From Phoronis australis (Eukaryota > Animalia > Phoronida), in contig NMRA01000042.1 in the NCBI GenBank assembly GCA_002633005.1, positions 945,153-1,009,152 on the forward strand: a stretch of DNA of 64,000 nucleotides. The letters run 5' to 3'. Positions 1 to 15,500 of this stretch are shown in pieces. The notes under the pieces are model-generated. The model saw only the letters and a program-made list of their open reading frames with translations, made no database searches and was not told where the DNA came from. The number at the start of each line of letters is the position of its first letter. Within the stretch, counting starts at the first letter, position 1. A program made the position numbers and the translations under genes.

Positions 1-558
1 TACTATTTGTTTCAAAATGGCACAATCAAAATGTTAAAAAAACAATTTTAAGTGCAAGGTAAATAAAAAAATCTGAAGTATTAAATTAGGCATCACTTGA
101 TTAGGCCTCATGAAGAACCCAAAATTCTCTAGGTGGCGCTTGTGAAACAATATGTCTGTAAATGCGTATATTTAGGACCTGATATCCTCATCCCATGAAT
201 CCCTACTGAACAGAGCTGTGTTTTGTAAATAGAAGAAACACGTGAAAATGCAAGATCACACGTCTTCGCAAGATATTGCCATGCATGCATTAAAATCAAG
301 ACACATGACCAAACTAGCTTTTCTCACGAGTGTCTTAGATCTATAGAACAAACCCTAGTCTGCACTCTGTAGACTTAACATTGACGAGAAAAACAAATGT
401 GTGATCGCATATGACTCTAATGCATGACGATATCTCATAAAGATTAACTCACACGATCTTATGTTTTTATGAAGTATATTTTTTGCCGAGCCCAGCTGTT
501 TGCTCCGTCTCCTCAGAAAATAGTGGGATGCAGTCATGCAAACATTCGCATTACTTAC

Positions 559-3500
559 TTGCGCACAAATTTCATTGTAAGAACAGCTAGGATAATGCAG
601 ACCACCAACAGGAAGCCGCTTACGCCAGCTAGTGCATATAGGGGGATGCTGTTGCCCTCCTCTTGCTTGGTCTCAGACGATTTCACAGTTGGCTGAACAA
701 TCGGCAGGGCTGGGAACACCACTTGGACATTGGTGGAGGCAGTGCGGGGAGGCTGACCACTGTCCCGTGCCTCAACCGTCATAGTGTAGACCTCCTGGGT
801 GAGGTTGGATGGGTCGGCATGTAGACTGATGTCACCCGATGAAGAGTCTATGGCAAATAGGCTGGAAACAGAAGCTAGAGATAAGAAGCATCAAATTTTC
901 CATTTTGCATATACATAGACATAATACCTGACTAGCAAAGCTATTATAGAGAGATTCAGAGAAACAGAGTCAGAATATGTCACACATAATGGGAACACAG
1001 CACATCACAAAAACTGATTTTTCTGTTATACAGTTGATAACTATAATGCCAAACCCATATAAGTAGAGTCACCCCCAACTTTAAAACCATAATGCAAAAC
1101 ATTTTTAACTAGAACTATATTTGCAAGAATTATCCCAGCCATGATGGTTGGTCGCCGAATTCATCGCCAGAGTAGTCTTATTTCCTGGCCGAGAAAAAAG
1201 GGAATTTACAAGTCACTTAGTAAGTTGGCTAAGCCATTACGTAATTATAATTTTGCCGCAATGATATTTATTACCAGTAGTTTTTGCTGTTAACAGAATT
1301 AGACATCATCTATTTGATCTGATTACTTTTGTCTTGTATAAGTGTTGATGGCAAGTGACATTATTGTGATAAACCTTTCAAAGATATTTACTTGTTGTGT
1401 GTCTTCAACACATAGGTGATGACAGAAGACAACTCATCCATGTCGCTGGCTTGCACTGTACCTACTTTCCCTTGTCTCCTCAAGGACTTCATAATGTACG
1501 AGGTCTTGGTGAAAACTGGGTTGTTGTCATTGACATCAACCACATTGATAACAACATTCGTCGAATCGCTCTGAAACACACCAAAAATACCATTATGATA
1601 CTTGATTTCACACTGATGCAACTCACAACTTGTAAAATAAAATATTGTGTGCCTAATTTTTTTCCTTTAATATGACTATGTTTCTGTTGCCATAAGAACG
1701 TCTAGACAATTTTTCAAGTCAAAGAAGGCTTCTGAGAATGATAGGAATGCCCAGTGCTTGCGGAATTTCACCACTTCAATTTAATATGGTGGACATTGCT
1801 GCCATCACAGCAAGAAAATATTTAAGTCCAGTTTGATAAACTTACTAAACCACATTTTCAATTTCATGTTAATAAGCAGTAAAAGGAGAAACATCTTTGA
1901 ATTTTCTCCATGCTGAAGGTTTGTGTGGACTTTTCATGTACTGTATAAGGTAACTGAGGATGCAGTCTGTCAAAGAAAATGTAAACAAATATTATCCAAG
2001 TTTTGGTGAGAGATGAAGTTACTGGTTATACACTCAATCTTTGTTGAAAGCAGCACATATGCCAAGAAGTGGACTGCCTAAATATCAAAACAACCACCAA
2101 CTCCCAAACTCAAAGGGTCTGTAATTAACACAAGGCCAAATTATATTTAAACAGGCTTCAAACTTTACTTCCAACTTCTGAGGATAAATTGCAAGGGTTA
2201 CAGAGAATTATTTTGTTTTAAAACATTTTTAAGTCCCATGCAATGTCAAGCAGGAGTGATTTAATTAATTCCGGAGTCCGCATTTTGAGAACCAGCCTGA
2301 TAGCCGGTCATTCAATGGAAAAAACTGGTTCTCAAAACCCGGGACCCAGGAAGTGACTTACAACAAGCCAAACTTGAAAACTCTTTGTTGACGAAGTAGA
2401 GATCCATTCTGCCCTTGAATTGATCATGTGTCATCAGGAGTGCTATCTTCCTGTATAAAAAATGAAGGATTCCACCCCAAAACATACTAATAATTTCCAA
2501 AGATGGGGCTGCAATTTGCCTGGGGTTTAGAGATAGTCCCAGGTTTTCTTCTGAGATGAGATGAACAGAGTTTTGCTCACTATGTTCTCGAACGATCAGC
2601 CTTGCATGGCACTTTAGGTTTTGAGCCCGATCCATCAGCGAGAGACAGTAAATATGAGTCTCAGATGTCCGATTTGGTTATGGCTGCCCACTGAATTTGA
2701 GCTTTCAGAGAAGCAATAATTAAAGTTGTTTTTGCCTTTGTCTAAAGGACATACATTTCAGCAACTCTGAATGAAAAACATTACCGACCTATGAGAGGAG
2801 TTACATTAAGTTGAAGAGTGAAGTCAAGGAACGAGCACAATGTGTTCTGCTTGTAAACTGCTTTCTGGAGAAACTTGACACCAAAGATGTGTACTGTGTA
2901 ACTGTGTAACTCAAAGCAACTCTTGTGGCCTCGGAAGAAAACTTGGCTATAAATGCCCAGACTCAAATAGTATCAGCAATTAAAACAAGAATGGTTCTTT
3001 AAGTTTTCAGATTTCCTTATTAAGTATTTCGAACAATATGTAACACTCACAAACTGTCCATCAGAAACTTTTACTTCCAGACTGTACTTTTTGATGTCTT
3101 CATAGTCAAGCTGATCCCTCAGTGTGATGTCACCGCTAGCAATGAAAATGTCAAACACATTAAGAGAGGCATCTGCACACAAACTTATTATACAGTTTCA
3201 GTTCTATGACGTGAAGTAGTGGGATAGGGGAACTTTTAAAATCAAAAATTCTCTTAAATCAACAAACAGTTGTTACTTTGTACTAATAACACTTCTTCCT
3301 GAAGTTTCTAGTTGCGGTTTCTGCAAAAGTGTGACTGTTTAGGTGGAACAGTGAAACAGGGGTCTCTGCATCAATCAGCTAACACTAGGCAATTCTCCCC
3401 TTCTCTCTATGAAACTAGGCCAGGTCACATGATCGACTTGGACTAGGTCAGTCTCCTGTATATGACAATAGACTAACAAGTTATAGGTTTGTTACTATGA

Positions 3501-6500
3501 GATTATTTTTTAATAAATAAAGCGTACTTACTCTGTTGGGTGAATTTCAAAAATATCAGTAGCCGGGTTCACAGAATGTATGGAATAATTCATAAATGTC
3601 ACCTGGAATATAACAAAAATAAACAGTATTATCAGAATACCATCAAAAAATCAATTTTAAAGCAATATACTTAACTTACTAGAAAATCTACAATCAGAAT
3701 GTCTGTGAATGAAAACTGGTGCAACAACAATTTTTCAGCCTGAGATTTTATATCAAATGTTGTAAAAATGAAATTTAAGTCACCTTCAATAGCTTAATTA
3801 CTGCAGGCGCTCTGAATTCATGCATGGTATAGGCAAAACATGATGAACCACAATAGGAAAAAGGCATTAAAAAAATGCAAAAAAATAATATAGTTAGCAA
3901 GACAAATTAACACGCTTAGCAGAATTGTTGACCCTGAACAAGTCAACCAGCATTAAAAGTTGCGAAGTAAACCTTCAGTGGGACATTTCCTTTCTCATGT
4001 ACTGCCTTTTTGAGGTCATAAGTCAGAACATGAAAATTGTGAAATAAGCTCAAACCTGGTCTCGTAGCGATTTCTGCCAAAAATTGATAAAAACATCTCC
4101 TGGAAATTGCATAGAAATGGCATGCCATTTTGACAATTTGTTACTTTTTAACACAGAATAATTTTCAGTCACTTATCTTGAATTTGCCCAAAAAGTAGAA
4201 TAGAACTTTCCAAAAATAAGTTCGATTTTGAGTACAAAGATTAGACCCTTGGTCCTGCATTTATAACTTGTATTTTAGGTAGAGAGTAAGGATGAACGAC
4301 CATGTTGATCAACAGATTATTACTTTACTAGAACATCAAAAAAGTGAAATAAAGAAATGTTACGAAGATTACGAATCTAAACCAGCATGTCATGCTACAC
4401 ATACCGATAGGCTCACAAAGTTAATTAAATGAAAAATAGCAAAAGTTAACAAAAGCCAGTTAAGGAATCACAATCATCAGCAAAAGCAATTAAAATAAAA
4501 TTAAAGAAGAACCCAAATATGCTGTTAACAATAAGTATTTCTACTAACTACAATATGCTACAATCACTTATTAAATAGGATTAGAAAAATCAGTAATAGT
4601 CACTGACAAGGGTCTGGCCTTTTGAGAACCAGTTTTCTCTATACGGAATAAAAAGGATCAAACTGATTCTCAAAATCTGGGACCCCTGTAAGTTACTATT
4701 GCCCAAAATCAATAAACTACATGATTAGTACATATCAAATAATATGCATTAAGCATAGAATCCAAAATGAAACCATGGCCAACCTCTGCTACACTTTTGT
4801 CACAATCTGGGCACTAAAACATAAAATGTTGATACGATATTTTAATTAAGTTCTCTTCTTCAAAATAAAACTCCCAAAATTCAAATGCGCAAAGTCAGAT
4901 TTCAGCTTAACTTCAAAAAAGGCATGTGGCACAGACGTTATAACAATGATTCTAAAATCTTATTCAAATTTGCCGCATGCCGCCTTGCATTTTCACCTGT
5001 GTACCACACAATATACCAAATAACATAAATTTGACTTTTGTCTTAGGACATCAGGTTGTTCTAGTAGTAGCTTGCTCTGTACTGTTTGGATGTGTACAAC
5101 ATTTTTTGAAATTTCTAATATTTGCAGGAAGGCAATCAGCCGTTTACAAACAGAAATTAAGATAAAGTCTTGCTCAATTCGACTGAATTTGACATGCATT
5201 CAGTTTTACTATATTCGTTAGATATTGTTTACGTCAAGCGAAAATTATATTTTTAAACCATGCATCCCAACCAAGGCCAAGGCAACTAGAGAAGAGGTAA
5301 AGATCACAGACAGGCATTGAAGCCCATAATTGATACCAGGGGAGACAACAACCAGTACCTGGATCTCGTTTGTCTGGAGATTTAAGTCACTCTGAAATTG
5401 TCACTTCATCAAGTTATAATGCGAAACTCACAATTTTCAGAAAAAAATGACAAATATTTTGCCTTTTTTCATAGATGAGAAGCAAAGAAAAGGTTTTGGC
5501 TAAATCTGCAATGATTTTCAGTTGAATTTACTTCAGATACCCGGATTTTGACAAATGTCATTCGTCAATGTTGACTTGAAAACAAAACTGCTGTTTTCTG
5601 TTTTTTGTTATGAAACAAATGTAAGTATTTATTTAAAATGAATTTGATTTGTTGAGAATGGATATACTAAGAGAAAATGTGATTTCATTTCAATTATGTC
5701 TGGCCGGTAGAAACACCGTATTCTGAAAGCTATTTGCACAAGATGTCAAAAAATGGTGACTCAGACATCAACTCAGAAATAAGGTAGATATCTGTGAGCG
5801 ATGATCAACCGTCGAATACAAAAATACTGTCTAGTTTGGTAAGCACTGCTCAAGGTACAATAACTACTGTTTCATAACACTTGCGTGCAATCATACCAAG
5901 TCGACATCAGTGGCCTTGACCTGTAGAATCTTTGTTCCAGGAACAGTATTTTCCATAACTGGCACTTCATATTTTGAGTACTCAAACACTGGTGGGTGTT
6001 CATTGACGCCTGTCACCGTCACTATCAGCTGTGCCGTCTGGCTGCGATCGCCATTGTACACCTCAGTTGCCTGAAAAGTAAAGATACACAGGTTAATGAA
6101 GGAAAAGTCAGCATTTTTGATCCATTTGATATCAAAGTAGGTCCCATAGTCAATGAAGGATGGTTCAAAGTTAGTTTAGAGAAGCAAGACTGTGCAGGAC
6201 ACAAACACAGACAGATGCTCAGAAAATGTTTCCCAATTGGTCAGTTAGTGTCTCCAAAATTACCCCATAGACATCAACAGTTTAAACCACACATATTTTC
6301 ATATGGGGGGTGTTTAATTACTAGCCTAAGTTGCAGCACCTAGTAAGTACTTTCGCTCTCCTAAAGCCCGACTGCTTTCATTCCCATGCAATGACTGTGC
6401 CAGTTGGCCATGCAATAGCTTTTGGGGTTTTGCAAAACTTTGTGGCATGATTTTTGTGAGACCCTATCAAGACCTATGTAGTATAAATTTAAGTTTTAAA

Positions 6501-9500
6501 TCTTTACTGTCGGTAAAATAATATCACAGTTACATCTTCCAAAATATAAACGTAGCAACAAAAACTCAGTGAAAGTGTCCAGGACAGTCTTCCCATTGAC
6601 AGCATGAAGATTTTTCTACTGCAACTTTCTGTAAGCACTTCTGTACGATAAATTTCGAAATGAAATATCGGCACATTTTTAGCACCTGGACCTGGCTGCA
6701 TCAAAGCTAGACGTTGGTTAAAAACTGATGACGTCACACAAAAACAAACTAAAAATGATAAACATAATCTCTAGGTACATGAGCGGCAGTGAAAAAAGTG
6801 GAGGGCTATAGCCATCCTATGGTGCGCCTCTCATGGGTAGGCGCAGAAGGCGTCCAATCTGTCTGAAATTGGAAAGGTGTTACTGTCTCATGTCTGTCGA
6901 ATTTCCTGAAAAATCCATCAAAGAACTCCAAAAATACAATGGCAAATGTAACAGATAAAATTAACACTAGAAAGCACATCGGTAATCAACCTTTGTGAAC
7001 AGTAATCTGTCCCATAGAAACATTATTCAGGGGATTATTAAGGAGATCTTTCAAGTTAAGATTTCTCAGTCATTGAGGATTCAGAATGTATCTACTCCAT
7101 GAGTTCAATAATGTAAAAAACAATTTTATGAAATGTGAAAAGTTGCCGTGACTTTTTACAATTATTTTTCTTTAAGGTAACTGACTACTTTCGTCGACCA
7201 AGCGTCAATTTTCTTTAATAACTTTTTAAGTATTAATTATGGGCAATAGAAAATATGTCTGTAATTGTATGTTCTGTTTGTTCTTGAAAAATCTTGACAC
7301 CCTTCTACTTTCCACAATCTTGCGGTTTTGTTTTTCGTATAAAACCTACAAAGTCTCTTTCATTATTCTATTAGCTAAGAGAGCATGTCTGGGATTATTC
7401 ATGAAAATGTGGAAAGCACAACTATCTCCATGAATATCAGGATTATTGAGAAAAAACGCAATCACGTGACTACCAACATCTGGCATTGTTTGTACGTAGA
7501 TCATCGAAGATTTTTGAAAATATCTATAGTTTTATGGGTCTACTATTAATGCTTAAATAGTTATTACAAAAATTGAATTCTTGGAAACTACTTGAGTCTA
7601 ATACCTTAAGACTTTTTACTCTTACCCTAATAGCAATTGTCATCACTTGACCCCTTCTGAGCCTCTTCTTCAACTTTACGATACCCGTCTGATTATCAAT
7701 ACTGAAGAACTCCCCAGCTGAAAACAAATACAATCAACAATTAACTGCAAGCATACTTATGAGCGCAGAAATGATATTAGACTACACTTCAACAACTCAC
7801 ACAGTTTTCTGTTCTTACTTTTGCATAACTTGTGATTGTCCAAATGCAGTCACTCCCATCTTGTGCAACACCCGTTGTTTGGTTGGTGCATAACAGTTCT
7901 ACTAATAATGAAACAAAATGTAACAACAAAGACGGTGATAATAACAAAGTAGAACTGCAGTAACAGTGAAGACTCACCAAAAATGATAAAGTCTGAATTT
8001 ATTTGGCTTTATTTATCGCTCAACAACTAAATTAGAAATGAAAAATAACATTTCACTTGTCCGTCTTATTCAGTGCCTAAATTACTGAGATTTTACTGTA
8101 GTCAAAATTACTTAACACTTACCTTTACTTTGCTCTATGCTGTAAATGATGGGACTATTTATACCAAGGTCAAGATCGTGCGCTTCAATGGGGTGACCAG
8201 ATATTTTGAGAATAGTTCCCTGAAAATAAGTCGGCAAGCATATTAACTAACCACCAATAATAAGAATGGTATTGAGTGAAGCTATCAGAATTCAAGGGTA
8301 ATGTCTGGGTAAATTGGCTGCTGCTTGCAACACTGAGGGAGTGAAATAAGGTAGTTTCTAGTTAATTAGAAATGTAATAATTCTTTAATTTCCAACAGTG
8401 TAACATTGAGATCAATTAACAAGAAAGTAACAAGGCAGAGATCAAATCTTGCACAAGTCAACGGGAAAAATTTGGAACTGGTTTTGTCAATTATGCAATG
8501 CATAACTTAACAAGCCAGTGAAATTAAAGACCACATATCTGTCACCGAGGGGTTGCAAACAGAGGTGTATCACCCAGAAAATACATGCGAAAATCAAGAG
8601 CAGACCAAAATTCAGTAAAGTATAGTCAAATATAAAATGGCTATCGTGTGCATTACGGTACTTCTTGAGAATTTGTAAGGTTGGTCAAAATTAAATTTGA
8701 AATGTAGGAGTTGGGCACAACAGAGAATTTACAAATTATATGGAAACATGAAAATCAAGAGTGGGACAAAAAATTCAGAAAATATGGTCAAATAGGAATC
8801 TGCCATGGTCACGTGCCACTATACTTCAGGGGTATGTTTTTTTAAAGTTTATAGTCAAAATCTCTTGAGAGTTGTTGGAGTGAGTTGCACACAGAGTTGT
8901 GAATGGGTGAAAAACATGAATAAGCTAAAATTCAAGAAAATACGCTTAATATGCAAAATGCCAATAATGTTGGTATCTTTTTCAGATAGCAATATGGTTC
9001 TTGAAAACAGAGTCGAAAACATCCTTGAAACGCGGTGCCAAATAGGGACTTAACTAAGACCCTAAATGTACGGAGTGTTTGTGGGCTTATTAAATCACTG
9101 ATTGTCCTTTCCTATGCTGTTTGAGCCTCAAAGTTAATTTTTAACTTTGATACAAATCGAGACTAAACTCTACTTTGAATTATCAATATTATCAATACAA
9201 GTAAGGATCTTTTCATGCAACACCCCTAATTTAAGGACTAAATCATTATTTATTTTAACTAAATTAAGGGCTCCGTTTTTAGTCATATTATTAGAAAATG
9301 TCATTAGTAAATGGGTAGCTCATAATTAAGACAAAATGATAGAAAAATATTAAATCCGTGAGTAAATAACACAGGAAATACGCAAAAAAAATTAGGGAAC
9401 TTAGTTGAGTCCCTATTTGGGACTCTTTTGTGCAAATAAAACAGAATTTGATTAAACCACCTCTGTGCTCGATTTTGATTTCTCTGCTTGGGACAAGGTG

Positions 9501-12500
9501 ACAGTTTTTTAGTGCTTGGCTCGACGTACACAGTGGCTTTAGCAAGTTCAGTGAAGAACAAAATTTTGGTTTCTACTCACGTCTAGTTCAAAACATTTAC
9601 GGTGTTTTCTCTATTAATTCCTACACTTGTTTACCAACTATTTTTCCCTCCAACACCTACTGTACAAACTATTGGAGATAAACGGGATGTTTCAAGGGTC
9701 CTGTACAAACTAATAGAGTGTATGAATTAATAGAGAAAACATCGTATAAGCTAGTGAACAAATATCATACCACAGTGGCGTTTTCAGTTAGGACTGCAGC
9801 GTAGGGAGACCCAACAAATTGAGGATTCTGGTCATCATCGTCAGTCACTCGTATGGTGACGTCAGCTGTCGCTGAACTCATTGGGTTATCATTTTCCTGT
9901 GAATGCAAATATGATTAAAGAAAACCATTAGGCATAAATCAAGCACATTAGGTTATGTAGGGCCTTGTGGACTTGTCAGTGTTCAGCCAAATACCTATAA
10001 AACTAAAGATTTTAACTCAGTAAGTAATCATTTTCTGAAATTAGAAAGCCTATTGAATTTGATTTTTGATTTTACACCATCCTGATATTTATTGGATCAT
10101 GTGACCATGTGTTTTTAGTCAAATTTAGCACAGAAGAGACGTGCATCCATGGCAAAACATGGTATCAATAACATTACCAAATTTTTGCTAACAGTGAATG
10201 TGCTACAAGATGACATGTTCAAAAACACAGTCACAGTTTCTAAATTATCATTTCATTTTCATTTTATGCTATGTACTTCTGATTATTTTCATTAAAATGG
10301 AATAAAACTCCTATTTTGATAGCCTTTCATGTAAATTAAAGTCGAATATTTTAGGATATTTTCAGATATAATCCAAATTTTGCAAGATTTGTCCATTTTT
10401 CGAGGGTCCACTATAACCATAAATAGGCCTAGAACGAGGCAAACACACTATAATTTAACATTGTAAGTGATTCTCTACCACTGAAACAGAACTCAACCTG
10501 CTCACCAGGTATTTTTTAGGGTTAACTTTGTTCTTAAAGATTTTTAATTACTGTTCATATCAAAGCATCTTCTTTTAGTTTCAAATTTCACAAAAACCAT
10601 CTGTCAACTGCTCGCCACTTCATCGATTTTTCTCCCACAAGGCAAAGCAGACGTCTCCTTACTTGGTATGGCAAGACACAGACATAGCACATTTCTCTTA
10701 TATGGAAAATGTGACCATTGACCTGTGGTAACCACAGAATTTTTTCTTTGCATGAATTTCAAGAATAATGAAATTTGTGTGATTTTTCTAAAAAATTCCT
10801 CTCAGGAGAAAGTGAATTACTCTGTACCAGATGTTGCTAGACGGTACTTTTTTAGATATTTTTGATGCGTTTTCACGTTCCATGCCTCTTTAAAGTTAAC
10901 ATGCTGCAAACACCTCACATTCTACTTTCGATACATGTATGTTTTATTGCTAGCAATGCTGTACAGGGTAAGGTGGGAGAAGAGCAAACAAATGAACCTC
11001 ATCAACATCTGTTCCCTTGAATATGATCTCCACCTCGATTTTGACACCTTTCTGACGGAAACTTTGAAGTGAGTGGAACCACAATTCAAACTAAGGATTA
11101 GTTTAACGAACTGTCCCAGTCACGTACTTATGGCAAATATACAAATGCAAGAATGTAATTTTGAATAGTTTTAGTGTAGAAGGTTTTTTCTTTTGACAAT
11201 AAAACTATACATTGTAATACTTTCAATAAAATATGATCAAAAACACATTCTAAAGTAACAAATCTGCTGATGCAGGACGCACTCCTGTAAAGGTTTTGCA
11301 CTTGTTGAACCACTTCAGCAGTAAGTATTAGTGAACGCTGGCAAGTGCTTTTGGAGGTAATTATGAATTGATTACATTCAGTAGAATCTCAAGCTATGGA
11401 TTAATTTGCATCCGCCTTAAATGCCCAGTTTAAATTTTCCAAATTTTCAATTTGAATCACCTGGTGAACTGAGCAACAGTCACCTACAATTTACCCCTTC
11501 GAATGCCCAAGTTTTTGGGATTGATCGTCCACAGAGAATTCAAACTCCCAAAATCTGTGCATGACGTTTGGCTTACTTGTGACTAAGATCTACCATTCCT
11601 TGAACAAACATTTCATTGCATCATTGGTTTTCAAAAACTTCCAATTGTTTTTAAATTCAACCATGCTCTGTTTTTTTGTTTAAATCTCTGAGCATAAATT
11701 AAGACATGTTTCATAACAGAACGATAATTTTTGATAGATAAATTACTTTCACAATTGTCACGCACCTTTGCAACTATGCTTAGATTGTATTCCTTCTTTC
11801 CTTCGTAGTCGAGTGCAGTCTTCTGAGTCAACTCTCCATTTTGTGCGAAGTGAAATTCAGGCTATAAAACATGACAAGAATTTCTCAGTGTTATCATCCG
11901 TGGTATTCGATTAAAATAAGATTACCAAACGAATGTTATAGGCACACAACTGATATCATTAGTAACTGAGAGCTGTTTGTTAGCACTTACAGGGGTTGCA
12001 CATAGATATAATTCATCATTGAATATTACTAAATTTTGGTCCCTGCATACTATAAATTTGTAAAAAGGAGGCGGTCACTAAATCGTTTTTCTATTACAGC
12101 CACTTAAAGAGAGGCACTTCTGACAAACATGTGAAAGTGAAATTGGATTACATAGGCGGATCCAGGGGGGTCAAAAGGGTCTGGACACCCCTTTTCCCTT
12201 TATTTCAGTGACATCAATCTACAATTTTCCACTTGTTGACTTGGGCCCCTTTATTTAAAAAATCCTTGATCCGATCTCTCCCCCTTTTTAAAAATCTTGG
12301 ATCCACCCTGAACTGATAAGCCACCTTTTAATAAAATTAATGAATAGAAATCTTGTTGAAAATGGATCAGTTGCATTGTTTGATGTTGGTTTTATGTTTT
12401 GAACACTTGACTAATATTGGATGATTCTCCCAAAAGTGGGCCCAAACTTTTGCTAATAGTTTTTCTTTACTTGAGCTAGGGACCTGAAATTTTGCATAAA

Positions 12501-15500
12501 TTTACATAATGTTATTACAAAAAAACGCTGCAGCAAACAATGAAAACAGTTTTCAACACTAGGCCTACTTATCGGCATTTTTGGAAGTGTGTCAATTTCG
12601 CTTTAACACTCTGGAAAGCTCATCCATGCCATATACGCATTTCGTGCCTCCTCGTCCCTCATTGGATAAAGATGGCATCTATGACCTCATTTATGCTATG
12701 GCAATTCTCCAATTACTTAGTGCACACCATGGCCGACAAGGGAATTTTTAAATTTTCCAAAATAAAAATTACAAATTAGCCCATTACAAGCATGGACTGA
12801 CACTGAGTGTGTGGATGTGTAAAAAACAAAGTTTCCTTTAACTCACATTGTTAGCAAAACAGTAATGATAAAATTACCATTGGCAACTAAGACTGAACAA
12901 AACAAGAAGAGAATTAACAGCATAGTAGAGTCTCCACCATAAGATGTCTATGGTCTCGACCTCAGTGGCCTTGTCATTTGTCATGTGAAGGTGGCCCCGA
13001 GGCCGAGGGGTCCTTCGGATTTTCGCTGGCTCCTCGAGCTCTTATTTTTTCATCGTCACTTTTACAAATTCCCATATCATGATCGTACGATTCACTGGTG
13101 AAAAGCATCGCCTCTTGTCTCTGTCGACGCGTTTTCAAATAGTGCAAAAACACTCATAGATTCCACCAGGAACGTCGTTTAGCGACAGTGTATTTGCCTC
13201 TGACATCTTTTTCGAATGTCGGGTATCACGTGACTTTCCGTATAGGGGCGGAGCTTGCGATAGGTTGTGCTGCTGCCTGCTACCCCTGGTTACATTCTGG
13301 GCTAAGGTCTTCTGTCTGAGCTTTGGTTTCAAACATTTCAGCACATGAACAACATATTTCAGTTAAGTCTTGAAATAACACTCTAGTCAACAACAGTAAG
13401 AACAAGAAAAAGAAGGAAAGGAAGAAGAAGAACAACAACAACTACAACAACAACAGCAACGAAAAAGGTTGTCTCACCAGCGGCTTTGATGACAAATAGT
13501 ATCTTAAATTTCCGCCATCTTTGTCTGTAGCCTCACCATTAAAGTTGAATATTACCGTGTTCTTAGGACTTGACTGAAAAAAAGGAAACCGTTCCTAAGT
13601 TGGACAAATATAAATTTCACGGGATTCTAAATATTGAACCCTTATATCAACCAAATTGCCGTGTGTCTCTAAAGTTTGCACTATATCCTACCTTGCACTT
13701 GATCATCCCAGCATTTGGGTATTAGTTCGAGCATGAATATAAAACATGTGAGTGTAAACTCCAAATTTTGAGACTTGAGTTTCTTGTTCTAATTTGGACT
13801 ACAGATTCCACCACCATAAACTTCTAATAAAAGTTGAATTCAAGATGTCAAAAATAATTTAAAGTTCAAGTTGTCCTTTATCGCAACGCCGCTTTAGTCT
13901 TTGGTCGAAGAACAATTCCTTGAAATGTGCCGAACAAAGTGTGGCTTACGACTGAATCACATGTTCCATATTGACATTCCACACTGCGTGCCCCTCACAA
14001 ACCGATGCCCTTTCTGTGCAACTTTCACCTATTTAGGAAATTTGAACACAGAGACGTTCTCAGTCAAGTTGCTGTTACTACAACCTCCACAAACGCATCT
14101 TTTCATGTTTGAAAAAGGCGGCTCACTCCGGAGACGGCCGGTCTTCCACCCATTACCTAAAACCTCAATAACGGAAAGTACTATATTTTTGCTTAGCAAC
14201 AGCTATGCTAAAGGCTATTAAATTTCCTTACATATATCAATAAAATTCATTTTGAGACACAGGGTTATGGTGGGATTTAATTTAACTTTGGAAATATAAA
14301 CGTTTACTAGGATGAAATTTGTAGGTTAGTAGACTATTTGTCTCAATACAGTTTTAAAGTACTTACCTCGCTCACATTGACAATGTACTTTGATTGCTTA
14401 AATTCTGGTCGATGTTCATCGACATTTGCGACCACACCAAATGTACACTTATATAGAATCTGAAAAATATAAAATCTTAGTTTTATGATAAATCCCACTC
14501 ATATTACATTATTTTTCATTAGATTTATATCTTTGACTCTGTATGGTCAGTGGCGCATCTAGGTTATCATCCAGCCTAAAATATGGGGGCCTCGAATTTC
14601 TGAGTGGGTGGACCTTTTACAAACGGACAGCTAAAAAAAAAAACGGAAGCCGCATCTCAATTACTGGGGTTAGTCAATATTGAGGTCACTATTTCCTCAC
14701 CCTCCTGCTGTTTTGTTTTTATTTTCTGTAGCCCTCCCCTCCCCCCGCTTATGAGGATATAAAAATCTCAAGAATTTCAGCCTGCGTTTTCAAAGGCCCA
14801 GACTTTCTGAGCTTTACAAAGGTATATTACCGGTAAGTTCTTACACAGGGCTCGATCAACAGTGACAGTAGTCCGACTACTCGGTGACAAGTTTAAGGCG
14901 GTTTAGTATACAATATCTACTTAAGCACCGCCTTTATGGAAAAATGATCCCGTGAAATGATAATGAATGTCGCCATGGCCCCGTTTCGTGAAACTGAAAA
15001 TAGTCTTACCTTAAACCGAAATAACAATGATGTCATTCCATCACACGTCACGTTGTGCTTGTTGAACAATACGCAACATGTTGACATGTTAAGAGTTAGA
15101 TTTTAAAATTTCATGAACGGGAGCCCCGATGATGATATTATAGACCGGCAGCCCAGAGCACTTAGCATAGCTGAACGAGGTACCAACATCTGACCACGGG
15201 AACATTTAGAATCCACCTCAGTATGTACTCTTGGTTTGACCCCTGGGGGCCATACAAAGGGCCCAGAAAATGAGCTAGACTAGATGTTCGAGGTACCAGC
15301 CAAAACTGATTTAAAACGAACAGTAGTACCGCACTGAACACCGAATGACCCATGACAGACAAATTGCACTCTGGAATGGGTCCGGCAGAAACCAAAAAAG
15401 GACCCCCCCCGCAAAAAATGAGCTAGCACATACATTCGAGGTACCACACAAAACCAATTCCATATGATTCAATACATTTCACAAATCACTAAAACCCCTA

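Noticed and set aside
3136-3182. Longer cadherin exon suggested by ORF 2973-3182 (acceptor at 3173)
   Set aside because: It is out of phase with the upstream exon. The acceptor at 3136-3137 restores FEIHPTDGDITL.
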